Shown piece by piece: positions 1 through 13,280 of a stretch of 64,000 bases of DNA. Below the pieces are notes generated by a model. That model worked only from the letters and a program-made list of their open reading frames with translations, did no database searches and was not told the DNA's origin. This DNA is from the human T2T-CHM13v2.0 reference genome, Homo sapiens: the NCBI RefSeq assembly GCF_009914755.1, contig NC_060945.1, one strand, 5' to 3'. Each line of letters begins with the position of its first letter. The first letter of the stretch is position 1. Position numbers and translations under genes: made by a program.

Positions 1-415
1 TGGCCAAAACAACAGAAATTTATTATCTCACATTTCTGTAGGCTAAAAGTCTGAAATCAAAATATCTGAAGAGCTGGTTCCTTCTGAAGGCTGTGAGAAT
101 CTTTTCCATGCTTCTCACCAGCTTAGCTTCCAGTGGCTTGCTGGCAATCTTTAGCATCTTGGCTTTTGCTGTATCACCCTGATCTCTGCCTTCACCTTCA
201 CATGGTGTTCTCCCTGTGTTTATGTGCCTGTGTCCAAGTCTTCCTTTTCCAGGACATCAGTTATGTTGGACTAGAGACCCACCCTACTACAGTATGATTT
301 CATCTTAACTAATTGCATCTGCAACGACTATTTTCAAATAAGGTCACATTCTGAAGTAATGGGAGTTAGGACTTCAGCATACAAATTTTAAGAGGGATAC
401 AATTCAACCCCCAGC
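1..415 (-). mobile_element. MaLR LTR (MLT1C-like), cut by window start
   Basis: aacaacagaaatttattatctcac...aaataaggtcacattctga...gatacaattcaacccc resembles the reverse strand of MLT1 LTRs. Confidence 0.75.
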
Positions 416-719
416 ACATACATTGGATTCTCATTTTTTAAAATTAATGGCCTCTGTACAATGAATGTTTATTTCAATCTAGTAACTCAGGAAAAAGGCC
501 TCTTTCAATGTCAGTATTAGCAATAGGTAGCATAAAATAACCAGTGTACTCTGTTTGGCATCCTTTGCTAAGATTTTTCTCCTCAAGCCAATATCTTGTG
601 TCTGGTGGATTTGGGAGGCAGAAGGGATACAATATCTCATCTTCTTTTGTACCAAAGCGTATTCATATTTCTGCTTGTTTTATTCTATATTTTTCATGCT
701 CTTTGACATTAGAACATTA

Positions 720-751
720 TTTCTTCTTCTTCTTCTTTTTTTTTTTTTTTT
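720..751. repeat. (TTC)n plus poly-T simple repeat
   Basis: Seen directly; explains the poly-Phe/Leu in ORFs 544..852 and 555..773. Confidence 0.9.
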
Positions 752-1319
752 CTGTGTCTTGTTCTTTCTCTGAAGCTTTTCCACCACTAGGAATGTTGTA
801 CATTAACATGGGAAAGCCCAAATTAAAGGAAGCTAGTGGTTTGGCAGTTTAAAATAGTTTAGAAATAGTTTTGCTAAAATTTATTTCCACTGTCATGTTT
901 TAACTTGTTTTAATAGACTGAATATATCATTTTATTAGTTGTAGAGCAGCCTGTGAATATTTACCTGTCGGTTAGGTGCATCTATTACAGGGAACACAGA
1001 GGAGAGATTCTTTAACTTTAGGGCGCTGTTCATTTGCTGAGAGTGGGTTGGTTAAAACCCAAGTTTGGCTCACGTTAGTGGAAAGTCACTCAGTGGTAAG
1101 AGGGGGAGAAGGGTGTTCCTATTTCCTTATCTGTGTAATGAGTATTTAGTTTCCGTGGTCATTGTAAGCTCACATCGATAACAATTCTGTTGTACCAGAG
1201 TTCTACTTTTTATCCAGCCTTCTGGCAGCTGTCCTTTCATTTTGCTTTCTTAAATGGCACATTGACATGCTGATTTTGGTTTTGGGTGGGCCTAGGTTAA
1301 AATGGGAGCTTGGTAACTC

Positions 1320-1465
1320 TATCACTTGTGTTGCTTAAAACTTTTGCAGTTTCAATTTCCTCAAGCACCAAGTGGAGATACTAGGATTTATCCTACCATT
1401 TTATAGCAGGGAGGATTAAAACTAAGTAAGATGGCATATGGAAAATATAAAGAGCGGTGCCTAAT
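1320..1465 (+). mobile_element. MIR fragment
   Basis: cagtttcaatttcctca...gggaggattaaa...gtgcct resembles the MIR core. Confidence 0.4.
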
Positions 1466-1571
1466 TTCCACTTATTTGAGAAAAATAATTCATCTTGAGA
1501 TATTTGATAATTTCTTTCTTTCTCATTAAAATTTGGCTATTTTGCCATATTTTATCGTGTATTAGTATTGT

Positions 1572-3838
1572 TTTAATTTTTGTGAGTACATATAAGGTAT
1601 ACATATTTATGGGGTTCATGAGACATTCTGGTCAGGCATGAAATGCATAGTAATCATATCATGGAAAATTGGATATCCATCCCCTCAGGCATTTATCCTT
1701 TGTGTTACAAACAATTCAGTTATACTCTTTTAGTCATTTTCAAACGCACATTTAAAAGATTACTGACTATAGTCCCCTATTGTACTATGAAATACCAGGT
1801 CTTACTCAATCTTTCTAACTATTTTTTGTACCCATTAACCATTCCATCTCCCCCAACTTCTGCATTACCCTAACCAGCTTCTGGTAAACATTTTTCTGTA
1901 ATCTATCTCCATGAATTCAATTGTTTTGATATTTAGCACACACAAATAAATGATAACATGGGATGTTTGTCTTTCTGTGTCTGGCTTATTTCACTTAACA
2001 TGATGATCTCGAGTTCCATCCCTGTTGTAACAGATGACAGGATCTCATTCCTTTTTATGGATAAATAGTACTCCACTGTGTATATGTACCACATTTTCTT
2101 TATCCATTCATCTGTTGATGGACACTTAGGTTGCTTCCAAATCTTGGCTATCATGAACAGTATTGTAACAAACATGGGAGTGCAGACATCTCTTCAATAT
2201 AATCATTTTCTTTCTTGTGGGTACATCCCCAGCAGTGGGACTGCTGGATCATATGTTGGCTCTACTTTTAGGTTTTATGAGGAACCTCCAAACTCTTCTC
2301 CACAGTGGTTGTACAACTTACATTTCCACCAACAGTGTATTAGGGTTTCCTTTCCCCCTTATCCTCACCTGCATTTGTTATTGCCTGACTTATGTATAAG
2401 AGCCATTTTAACTATGGTGAGCTGATATCCCATTGTAGTTTTGATCTGCATTTCTCTGATGATCAATGATGTTGAACATTTTTTATATGCCTGTTTTCCA
2501 TTTGTAGGTCTTCTTTTGAGAAATGTCTATTCAAACCTTTTTTTCCATTTTTTAATCAAATTATTAGCTTTTTTTCTATAGAGTAGTTTGAGCTCCTTAT
2601 ATATTCTAGTTATCAATCGCTTGCCAAGTGGGTAGTTTGCAAAGGTTTTCTCCAGTTATGTGGATTGTCTCTTCACATTGTTGATTGTTTCCTTTGCAGT
2701 GCAGAAGCTTTTTAACTTGATGTGATCCCATTTGTCCATTTTGGCTCTGATTGCCTGTGCTTGTAGGGTATTGCTCAAGAAATTTTGGCCCAGGACAATG
2801 TGTTGGAGAGTTTCCCCATTTTTTTTTTTTTTGTAGTAGTTTCATAGTTTGAGGTCTTGGACTTAAATCTTTAATGCACTTATATTTGATTTTTAAATAA
2901 GGCAAGAGATAAAAATCAAGTTTCATTCTACTGCATATGGATATTCAGTTTTCCCTGCACCATTCGTTGAAGAGGCTGTCTTTTTCCCAATATATGTTCT
3001 TGGCTCCTTTGTCACAAATGAGTTTACTGTAGATGTGTGGATTTATTTCTCAGTTCTCTGTTGTGTTCCAATTGGTCTATGTGTCTGTTTTATGCCAGTA
3101 CCATGCTGCTTTCATTACGATAGCTCTGTAGCAGAATTTGAAGTCAGGTAATGTGATTCCTCCAGTTTTGTTCTTTTCACTCAGGATAACTTTGGCTATT
3201 CTGTGTCTCTCATGATTCCATGTAAATTTCAGAATTTTTAAAACAATTTATGCAGAATATCATTGGTGTTTTGAGGGGGTTGCATTGAATGTGTAGATTG
3301 CTATAGGTAGTATGCACATTTTAACAATATGGATTCTTCCAACCCATGAACGTGAAATCTCTCTCCATTTTTTTGTGTGTCCTCTTTAATTTCTTTACTC
3401 ACTATTTCATTGCTTTCATTGTAGAGATTTTCACTTGTTTAGTTAAGCTAATTCCTAAGTATTTAATTTTATTTTGGCTATTTTAAATGAGATTACTTTT
3501 ATATTTCTTTTTCAGATTGTTCCCTGCTGTCATATAGAAATGCTACTAATTTTTGTATGTTGATTTTTTTATCCTGCAACATTACTAAATTTATCAGTTG
3601 TAGTCATTTATTTGTGGAGTCTTCAGGTTTTTCCAAAAATAAGATTATATCATCAGCAAGTAAGGATAGTTTGACTTCTTCCTTTCTAATTTGGATGCCC
3701 TTTATTTCTTTCTCTTGTTTGGTTGCTCTAGCTAAGACTTTCAGTACTACGTTGAATAATAGTGATGAAAGTGGGCATAGTCGTCGGGTTCCAGATCCTA
3801 GAGGAAAGAATTTCAGTTCTTCCCCATTCAGCATGATA
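1572..3838 (-). mobile_element. 5'-truncated L1 (L1MA2/L1MA3-like)
   Basis: L1MA-type 3' end at 1572 (ttttaatttttgtgagtaca...atttatcctttgtgttacaaacaat). Minus-strand frames give ORF2 remnants ([23 protein letters not shown]; [16 protein letters not shown] motif). Confidence 0.9.
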
Positions 3839-4899
3839 ATTCTTGTGTTTGTTTTAGATTTCCAATCCAAGTTCCGTTCACAGTGTGGAATTTTTTCTTC
3901 TGTTATGCTATTGATTATCATTTTTGATGTGTATTCTGTTTCTATCTTTTAAATTACTTATTGTTTGCAGATTATTTCTTTGTGATAAATTTTTCTATAT
4001 AGCAAATGGTCTCCTTTGTTTCAATTATTTTCTTCTGCTCTGTGACAGGATGTGTCTAGTCTTTCTTCTATTTAATTTGTGTTTTTCTCAATGTTATTTG
4101 CTCTATGTATTGCTTCTGAAGGTGATTTTATTGGGCATGCTTGGTTGACTTTCTGGCAGCTATTCCACTACCCCCCATTATGTAGTAGCCATAAGGTTTG
4201 TATATTTGATTGATTCTTCTTTTAGTTCCAGGGATGGAATCCGAGTGATCGCTAAGGCAATTCATATATTTTACCCACCTTAGGATAACTGGTTTAGGAT
4301 TGGACAAACAATCTCAGCTGCTTCAATCAGACTCACTGTAAGTAGTGAAATGGAAAACTCTTTCCTCTTCCGGGCACTGTTAAAGATTTTTTTTTTTCAT
4401 GTAAACTATGCAACTACTTCAGTTATTTTACTTGGAGAAAACTTAAGCTGAGAACAAATTCTACTTGACAAGGTGAGAAATACTGAGAGAGAAATTGGGA
4501 AACCAAACAGAAGCCCTGATCAAGCCTTCCTTGAAGTACAACTTAACTGAAATTTCCAGTCAAAGTATTTTCTTCATAAGGTCAATTACTTTGAATTAGA
4601 TTTTATTCATTTAAAACTTGCAACGTTTTAACCTATTCACTTTTCTGTGCTGTCTCTACCATTTATTTCCACTGACTTCTTGTCTTTATATGTTATAATT
4701 ATAATATATTCTTTTATCTAAGTAAAAACAGATGATAGTCATTTCCTAAATCTAAACATTTCCTATGAAAAATCTTTGGGATAAAATTGCACATTTCCTT
4801 TCACTCTTTTATAGCATTTTCATAATTGTGTAATATTTCAACCATTTTCTTTTTATTCATATTTACAAAAGGTTAACAAGAGGTTTTTATCATGCTTGC

Positions 4900-5786
4900 T
4901 CATGGCAAGGGGCCTCTACTCGGCCCACTGCACTCAACCCTTTGCAAAAGGGAGCACGTGAGCAAGTGAGTATGGGATCTGGCCAGCCGTTCCAGGTACT
5001 GACACAGTATCATGCTCTGTGCAGGGCCCGTGGCCAGACCAGGAGTGTCACCCTGAGGGGAACATGGTGGCTCCCAAGTGAGGATGCCCATGACCCCAAA
5101 GCCCCAGAGCGGGTGTTACAGTTCTCTATTAGTTCCACTGTTCGTGGATAGTGGTGTGTTGGCAGCTCAGTTGGCCCCTTGCCTTGTCACATGGGGTGAC
5201 TGATCTCTGCTGGCAAAAGCAAAGGGCTGGTGTGACAGTGTTTCTCAGTACCTGTGCTATGTGGGTTCTGAGCTATTGTCTGGCATCCAAGAAGAATGAG
5301 GTCACATGGACGGTTGAAGGATGGTGAAGGTGGAGAATTTTACTGAACAATTAAAATGGCTCTCAGTGGAGAGGGTTGCTGGAGAGGAGACTGGAAGGGC
5401 AGGTAGTCTTCCCCATAGTTAAGTTGTCTCTTCCCTGAAGTAGGGTTGTTTCCCCATCTACTGACTGAGTCTGGGGTCTTTATAGGCACAGTCTGGGGAG
5501 TGCATGCTGATTGGTTTGTGAGTATGCAAAATAGGTTAAAGCAAACACACCACTCAAAGGTGGGCATAACAGTGTAGAAAACCAATTAGGAAAGAGTAGG
5601 TATATGTAAAATAGGTAAAGGGTGGGAATCAATCAGAGAAAAGCACGCCAAATGGGAGAACAAGTTCTAAATCTGGTCTGAGGATTAAACTTGTAGCTTG
5701 GCTTTCAGGCTTTGGCTTGGAGGTGGGCTGTTGCTGTGTACTCGCCCCTATCTGCCTAGGCACTTGGCTGCCTCCTGTCACTGTCA
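4900..5786 (-). mobile_element. ERV1 solo LTR, LTR27/LTR28/MER52 group
   Basis: Ends ...cccctatctgcctaggcacttggctgcctcctgtcactgtca (reverse complement of the LTR start). Contains tctttataggcaca (TATA on minus strand). Homologous to the + strand LTR at 19.5-20.5 kb. Confidence 0.8.
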
Positions 5787-6449
5787 ATGGGTTACAATTA
5801 TGCCATTTTCCACTTGATTCTTGGACTACTTTTGAAATTGTATGTTTTCATATCTTTGGGGTTTGTTGCCTTTTATTTGCTTTGAAGGATAAAAATATTT
5901 TAAGACTTTTCTATTTATTATTTGTATCCCTTAATTATAGAAAGTCTCTGTTGATATTGATTCTTTGTCTTTCAAGTGTTGTAAATTTTTTCTTCACTTA
6001 TGTTTTCAACTGAAATTGTATTAGTTAACTTTTTTTGCATATTGTAATGTTTTTCTTAAATTTGTAACTTTATAACATATTTTACTTTGTCGACTAGAAT
6101 TTATAGCTAGAGTTTATTTGTCATAACTGGGTACTTCTTTTTGTATTAAATAAGGCTTTTATTCTAAAGCCACTTCAAATACAAAGGAATAAAACTATTC
6201 TTATTGAAATAATTTATAAATGTTATATTCACTGAGAAGTCAAATGCAATAATGATTGTGAATTCAATGCCACATGTGATGTTTTACTTGTGTTCTCTAC
6301 AAAAAGCTCAGTTTTTTTATACATGTAAATATGGATTATTCAAGTGCTATAAAAGTCACTTGCTTTTGTGTACTCTCGAGTCATTAAAGTTTTTAAGAGT
6401 ATTTAAAATCCTTTACCTTCTTCACTTTAGATGATTATAAAATTTAAAC

Positions 6450-6860
6450 TTTTAGAAGTAAGGTTTGGTTAGGCAACCCAAAAATTTCAATGGCTTCACA
6501 AGACAAATGGTTATTTTTTGCTAGAGCAGTAGTCGAACAGACATCTGATTATTGGCATTAGACAGCTCTCCTGGGCATCTTTTCTCCCAGTGGCAATTTA
6601 GGGTTTGAGCCTCTTTGATCCTTTGGCTGACTTGTTCTTTGTCTGTGTAGTCCTTTCATTCAGATGGAAGATGGGAAAACACAATGCTATAGACTTTGGA
6701 ATATTGTATGGGCTCGTAATCAGCGTACTGAATTTCAAGCCATTCCTTGGCCACTCAATGGCCACTACTAAATCACACAACCCACCCAACTGGAGAATTA
6801 AATCAAATATCTGGAGCAATTTAATGTGCATGCATTCGTGGCCACAAAAATGAAGATACA
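6450..6860 (-). mobile_element. Ancient MaLR LTR remnant (MLT1K/L-like)
   Basis: aacccaaaaatttcaatggctt...ggttattttttgc and later ggccactactaaatcacacaacccacccaact; highly diverged. Confidence 0.35.
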
Positions 6861-7105
6861 AATAAGTAGGTGATTAATTTTTATTAAAATCTGATGATTT
6901 TCTATAGAAATAAATTCAAATCTATTAAGTATATAACTTCAGGCTAGTGTCATAATGCATTCAATTTTTGTCTGCAAAATCTGCTCGTGCACATCTTTGT
7001 TCAAAGAACCACTTGCTACTTAGTGACCTTAACTGAAACATTAATTGTTTTGTGTGCCCAAATTTAATAGAACCTGGCTATCAGGGATGATGTCACAAAG
7101 AACAT

Positions 7106-7601
7106 TGTTATTGAAATGCCAGGAGTTTGTTCTAGGTCCTGCTGTTCACTAAACAAAAAGCCAATCACTGAGACAATGAGTATTGCCAGGGAAGAAGCCT
7201 TTAATTGGGTGCTGCGGCCTGGGAGATGGGAGATCAGTCTCCAATCCATCTCCCTGGCCAACTAAAATTAGGGATTTATGTGACAGGAAGAAAAGTAACC
7301 ATGTATAGGAAAACAGGAATTAGGGAGGGGTAATGAAGCAGAGTTCATCAATAGGAAGCAGATGGTTGGTTAGTTAATAATGGCAGGCGAGGGATATAAC
7401 ATCTCATTGTCCAGCTGTGTTGATCTGGTAAGTTTCAATTCCTTGATGCTATCTGGGAGGTTTGGTGGCTGGTTTCTTGATAAAGAAACTCACATAAGAC
7501 AAATGTAACTTTCTCAAGTTTCAAGATGGGACAGTAAATTTCTATGTTTATTCAAAAGAAACCATAAACACCAGTTCTATGGGACAATTGGGTAGGTTTC
7601 A
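7106..7601 (-). mobile_element. ERV1 (MER4-group, LTR45-like) solo LTR
   Basis: TG...CA termini (tgttattgaaatgcc...ggtaggtttca); near-TSD acat (7102-7105) / ccat (7602-7605); ccaatcactgagacaatgagtattgccagggaagaag block. Confidence 0.8.
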
Positions 7602-8560
7602 CCATGACTCATGGAAATTAGTATTAGAGACATTTTGAATATTAGTCACAATAAAATAGTAGTTAATATTTAAGAAGCTGTGCTAAATTCTTTACATTCA
7701 ATCAAATTGTTTAAGATATAAAATATCTGTACATTTATATCCATATACATAATTATATTTCTATCCATCTATCTACCTATGAAGATAAATGAATAAAGTG
7801 ATCATATCCTTTTATTTTAGTCTCTGATCATCCTAACACAATCTACCCATTAAACTCAATCTGATTCCCAACCTCTGCCGACTTGTTTATCCTCAGCTGA
7901 ACCATTGGACTCTCATTTATAGGCTTAGTTCTCTTTCATCCTTATGACAAATGCTCTGGCCATTCAGTAGTAAGATGAGGAGCTCAAATTTACCCCTTGA
8001 TATTTACAATAATGTTGCCTTAACTTTGTGCTATATTCTAATTCTGCACTAATGCCTATTCCTAGAAATATGGGCTGGACTTCACACCTCACTTCAGTTG
8101 ACTGGTATTCTGTTTTACACTTTGAGTCTCAGTCCTGGTTTATAACCTCCCTGCTTTTTATTTTATTCTAAACAAGGGGTGACATCTTACTATTTCTGGG
8201 TTCCTCTTAGTACTAATTCCCTAATCCTATACTTCCATCTGATGGCTAGGACCTTGACACCCTATGATAATCATTTCTGCTATGATCTTCCTATGTCAAA
8301 ACGCAACTTAAAGTTGTCATGGTTCATCAGACTAGTGTTTCCCTAAATTGGACCTTACTGATGCCTACTAAAGTCAGCTACCCTGAGAGCTACTTGTGGT
8401 CTTAAATTTCTAACTAATAAACTATATCAGGCTCTTGTCCTTCAGGCCTTTCCCTAATCCCAGGTCCTGCCTAATTCTAAACTTTTTCACCCACCATTTT
8501 ACTCAGTTCTCCTCTTCTTGCTAGGGCCATATGCAGGATTGTGCCAGGTCTCAGGTAAAA

Positions 8561-8564
<4 letters not shown>

Positions 8565-8598
<34 letters not shown>

Positions 8599-8640
8599 CA
8601 TATTCATGTGTGCATATCTATGAGCATGTGTGTATGTGTT
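8565..8640. repeat. (TG)n microsatellite with degenerate tail
   Basis: Seen directly. Confidence 0.95.
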
Positions 8641-9403
8641 TACTATGTTTGATAATGAACCATTATGCAAGAGACATTAATTTTGTTGCTTTGGCTCACT
8701 TCATATATTTATTTTAATTGCATGCTCACTTGAAACAGCTTAACTTTCTTTGGTTGATTTTTAAATTAAATTATATTTTATTGGTTGCAATCACTGTTAT
8801 CTTCCCTTGTTTGTTTATGGTATTAATGTCGGGCCTTCAAAGAACTGTGGAAATACTAATTATAGTTTGAGCATGCAGATTGGGCCATCCATGCAATTGT
8901 TTATTTCCTCAAACATTAATTTACTACTGTGTAGAAAGGTGCCAAAATATTCTGAACCCAGACTAAATGGCTGCATAGCATCTTGTGGGCTTCACTTTGG
9001 AAAGCACGGCAGGATCAAAGAGCCAAAATATCTGATTTCTTTCATGTGTTATAGCTCATCTCTAATGACAGAGTGGAGACTTGTCAATATTGCTTCTATT
9101 GCCCATTTTGAGTGAACTGATCAAACATTTCAGGCTCAATATGGTCCTGCTAGAGATCTTACTCTAGGAATGCTAGAAGAATAAACATTACACTTCTGAA
9201 AATTTTACAAATGTTTGTCAAAGATTTTGTGCTAAAACTGAGGATATACTTACTTGTTTTTGGTTTACTGCTCAGTATAATTATTATTTATAATTTATAT
9301 CTTCATATCACCTGTTTGGTAAAACTCCAAGCATGTGTCTCTAACCTTTGTCAAATAAAACTGAACTTTCCCCACTTTCACTTAACAAAATAAATCTACA
9401 TGA

Positions 9404-9779
<376 letters not shown>

Positions 9780-10274
9780 TCTGTATTGTTTCTTGATTGT
9801 CTCTCTTGAATACTCTCCCTCACAGAATAGGAACAACTGTTTTGGACCCCTCCTCTTAGATATGTCTTCTTGTTTTAATTGCTCATTTTATTAAAAAATA
9901 GTTTTAGTCAACATTCTCATTATAATTTTCAATAATACATACTTGGGTTTTAAAATGTTGTTATACATCTTCCACAGTAGACCAAAACGCTCATAAGAGC
10001 AAGTCCGTTGGTAGAGCAAGTCCATTTTTTAATCACATAATCACTCTATCCTGAATAATATCAGCATATAATTATATACCAGTGTCTTAAACAGTAGAAT
10101 ATCTGAGCATATTTTAGATATAATAAACGTATTCCTCAGCCAGAGTCCACCTAAAGATAAAAGTACCCAAATTCCTTCCTTCCCTCCACTATCTACTCAT
10201 GTCCCTGTAACTATTCCTGTCTTCCACATGACCCTCCATGATAAACTATTAAGACTTCCAATCAATCGCTGAAA

Positions 10275-10342
10275 TCACCTGCTGGTAACGTTCACTGGCT
10301 GAACCCAACCAGATGCCAGAGAACAAGAGAGCGACTGATTTA

Positions 10343-10344
<2 letters not shown>
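10275..10344 (-). mobile_element. Old ERVL LTR (LTR33-like), left half; continues at 12987-13070
   Basis: actggctgaacccaaccagatgccagagaacaagagagc matches the LTR33-type tggccgaacccaaccggaagccagagggcaagggagc. The continuation (aaagtcag...aagtggaatttgaaaggcaa) resumes after 12987. Confidence 0.55.
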
Positions 10345-10375
<31 letters not shown>

Positions 10376-11030
10376 ATTTTTCAGTGCTTTATTTACATCA
10401 CACACAATAAGTTGTGTATATTTCTCAGAGAGAAAAGTCATGGTGAGTTAGACGATACTTCTCAAATTTTGATGTGAACAATAAACTAGATTAATTTGTC
10501 CTGCAGAGATTTTTTTCAGGAGATCTGGAATAAAGTCTGAGTTTCTAAATTTCTAGCAAGCTTACCAATAACACCATGTTTTGGGCTCAAGAAGAATATT
10601 GTGCCAAACATCGAATAAGTGGAAGAGCCTGGGTTTTTCCCAGTTTTTCTGACCCGTAAACAAAGACGAGAGCCTTCATTTCCAAAGACAGATATGTGCA
10701 AAGAAAATTTAAGTAGGAAGGGAAGCTTCCAGATTAAAGGTGACAGTTTATGCACATTATCTGGTAAATCTCCCTAAGATACTTAATAAAGAAGAGAAAA
10801 ACAATTAACCCTATAATAGAAAAATCTGTCAGAAAGCTCTATGGCTGAGTAAATTTAACATCAACTGTACTAGGACAAATCTTTATCATGTGCTGATTTA
10901 CACAGAAAAACACAACATCACTGCTCTGATATTGGTCCCCCAAAAAGTAAATTATAAACTAAATTTAATTATAAAGAAACATCAGTTCTATGCAAAGTTC
11001 AAAATACAGATGTCTCCCGTGTTCTGTAAA
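10345..11030 (-). other. Putative L1 3'-transduced unique sequence with polyA signal and A29 tail
   Basis: T29 at 10345-10373; tttatt (AATAAA on minus strand) at 10388-10393, 14 nt from the tail; non-repeat-like sequence abutting an L1 3' end; enclosed by the TSD of that L1. Confidence 0.75.
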
Positions 11031-12986
11031 TTGTTTAACTTTTATTTTAAGTTCAAAGGTACATATGCAGGATGTACAGGTATTTTACATAGGTAAACCT
11101 GTGTCATGGTGGTTGGTTGCAAAGATTATTTCATCACCCAGGCATTACACCTAGTATCCATTAGTAATTTTTCCCCCTTCTCTCCCTCCTCCCATCCTCT
11201 GCCCTCCGATATGCCCCAGTGTGTGTTATTCCCCTGTATGTGTCCATGTGTTCTCATCATTTAGCTCCCACTTATAACTGAGAACGGCAGTATTTGGTAT
11301 TCTGTTTCTGCATTAGTTTGCTATGGATAATGGCTTCCAGCTCCATCCATGTTCCTGTAAACGACATTATCTCATCATATTTTATGGCTGCATAGTAGTC
11401 CGTGGTACCATATTTTCTTTATCCAGTCTATCATTGATGGGTATTTGGATTGACTGATGTCTTTGTTATTGTGAATAATGCTACAATAAACATATGTGTG
11501 CATGAGTCTTTATAATAGAACAATTTGTATTCCTTTGGGTATCTACTCAACAATGGGATTGTTGGGTTGAATGGTAGTTCAGTCTTTAAGGACTCACCAC
11601 ACTCTTCCACAATGATTGAACTAATTTACACTCCCACCAACAGTGTAAAACAATTCCTTTTTCTCCACAACCTAACCAGCATCTGTTATTCTTTGACTTT
11701 TTAAATAATAGCCATTCTTTTGTGAGATAGTATCTCATTGTGATTTTGATTTGCATTTCTCTAATGATCAGTTATTTTGAGCTTTTCTCATGATTGTTTG
11801 CCGCATGTGGATCTTTTTTTGAGAAATGTCTGTTTATGTCCCTTGCCCTCATTTTAATGGAATTGTTTTTTTTCTTCCTTGTAAATTGGTTTAAATTCCT
11901 TATAGGTGCTGGATATTAGACCTTCGTCAGACACATAGACCAGTGGAACAGAATAGAGAACCCAGAAATTAGATCACTCATCTTCAACCATCCAATCTTC
12001 GACAAACCTGACAAAAAGCAATGGGGAAAGGACTCCCTGTTCAATAAATGGTGCTGGGAGAAATGGCTGGCCATATTGTGTCTAGAATTTATTCCTTCCA
12101 GTGGGTTCTTGGTCTCGCTGGCTTCAAGAATGGAGCCGCAGACCTTTGCAGTGAGTGTTACAGCTCATAAAGGTGTTGCAGACCCAAAGAGTGAGCAGCA
12201 GCAAGATTTACTGTGAAGAGCGAAAGAACAAAGCTTCCACAGCATGGAAGGGCACTTGCCGCTGCTGGCTCAGGTGGCCAGCTTTTATTCCCTTATTTGG
12301 CCCCACCCACATCCTGCTGACTGGTCCATTTTACAGAGCCCTGATTGGTCCATTTTACAGAGTGCTGATTGGTGTGTTTACAATCCTTTATCTAGACACT
12401 GAGCACTGATTGGTGCGTTTTTACAGAGGGCTGATCAGTGCGTTTATTTTCCTTTAGCTAGACACAGAGCGCTGATTGGTGCGTTTTTACAGAGTGCTGA
12501 TTGGTGCATTGACAATCCTTTAGCTAGACACAGAGTGCTGATTGGTGCATTTTTACAGAGTGCTGATTGGTGCATTTACAATCCTTGAGCTAGACACAGA
12601 GCGCTGATTGCGTTTACAATCCTCTAGCTAGATAGAAAAGTTCTCCAAGTCCCCACTTGACCCAGGAAGTCCAGCTGGCTTCACTTCTCAATATGTAGAA
12701 AATTGAAACTGGACCCCTTCCTTACACCACATACAAATATTAAATCAAAAGAGATTAAAAACCTAAATGTAAAACTCAAAACTAAGAAAACCTTGAAAGA
12801 CAGCTGAGGCAATACCATTCGGGACATAGGCCATGAGCAAAGATTTCATGAGAAAAATGCCAAAGGCAACTGCAAGAAAACAAAAAATTGACAAATGGGA
12901 CCTAACTAAACTGAAGAACTCTGCACAGCAAAAGAAACTGTCTGCAGAGTAAACAGACCACCTACAGAATGGGAGAAAATGTTTGC
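11031..12986 (-). mobile_element. 5'-truncated, 5'-inverted L1 (L1PA13/14-like), interrupted by LTR12
   Basis: Minus-strand 3' end at 11031-11931; flips at caga microhomology (11928-11931) to plus-strand ORF2 sequence ending gggagaaaatgtttgca at 12987. Confidence 0.92.
12077..12690 (-). mobile_element. LTR12 (ERV9, LTR12F-like) solo LTR
   Basis: tgtg...tctca termini; perfect 4-bp TSD ATAT (12073-12076 / 12691-12694); L1 reads through when it is removed (tggctggccatat|gtagaaaattg); tandem gctgattggt (CCAAT) repeats. Confidence 0.95.
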
Positions 12987-13079
12987 ACTGATTTACTTTC
13001 ACAAAGTCAGTTTGTGAAAGAAAAAGAGAACAAGTGGAATTTGAAAGGCAATGGCTAATTTCTTATGCATCAGTGAAGA

Positions 13080-13280
13080 CGTTGGAATCCAATAGAGTTG
13101 AGTGCAAAGGTGAGCACACTGCTTTCTTGCTGTGTAACTTTGAATAATTAACATAAACGTTTAAGTAGATTTTCTTATACCAGTACTCATCACTTAGGAT
13201 TGTGATCAGGATGGAAGTATTATGGTCTAAAAGTTCCACATACAACAATACCTGGCATATAATATTTAACAAGTGATAAT
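13080..13280 (+). mobile_element. MIR fragment
   Basis: gctgtgtaactttgaataatta...taggattgtgatcaggat...cctggcatataa. Confidence 0.55.

Noticed and set aside
10345-11030. Processed pseudogene of a host mRNA
   Set aside because: No recognisable coding homology, and the matching TSD lies beyond the adjacent L1, which favours L1 3' transduction. The ctgatttac at ~10893 is a shorter match and is treated as chance.
12310-12635. Regularly spaced direct repeats resembling a CRISPR-like array
   Set aside because: These are the normal tandem CCAAT-containing U3 repeats of LTR12, with no unique spacers and no cas genes, in eukaryotic DNA.
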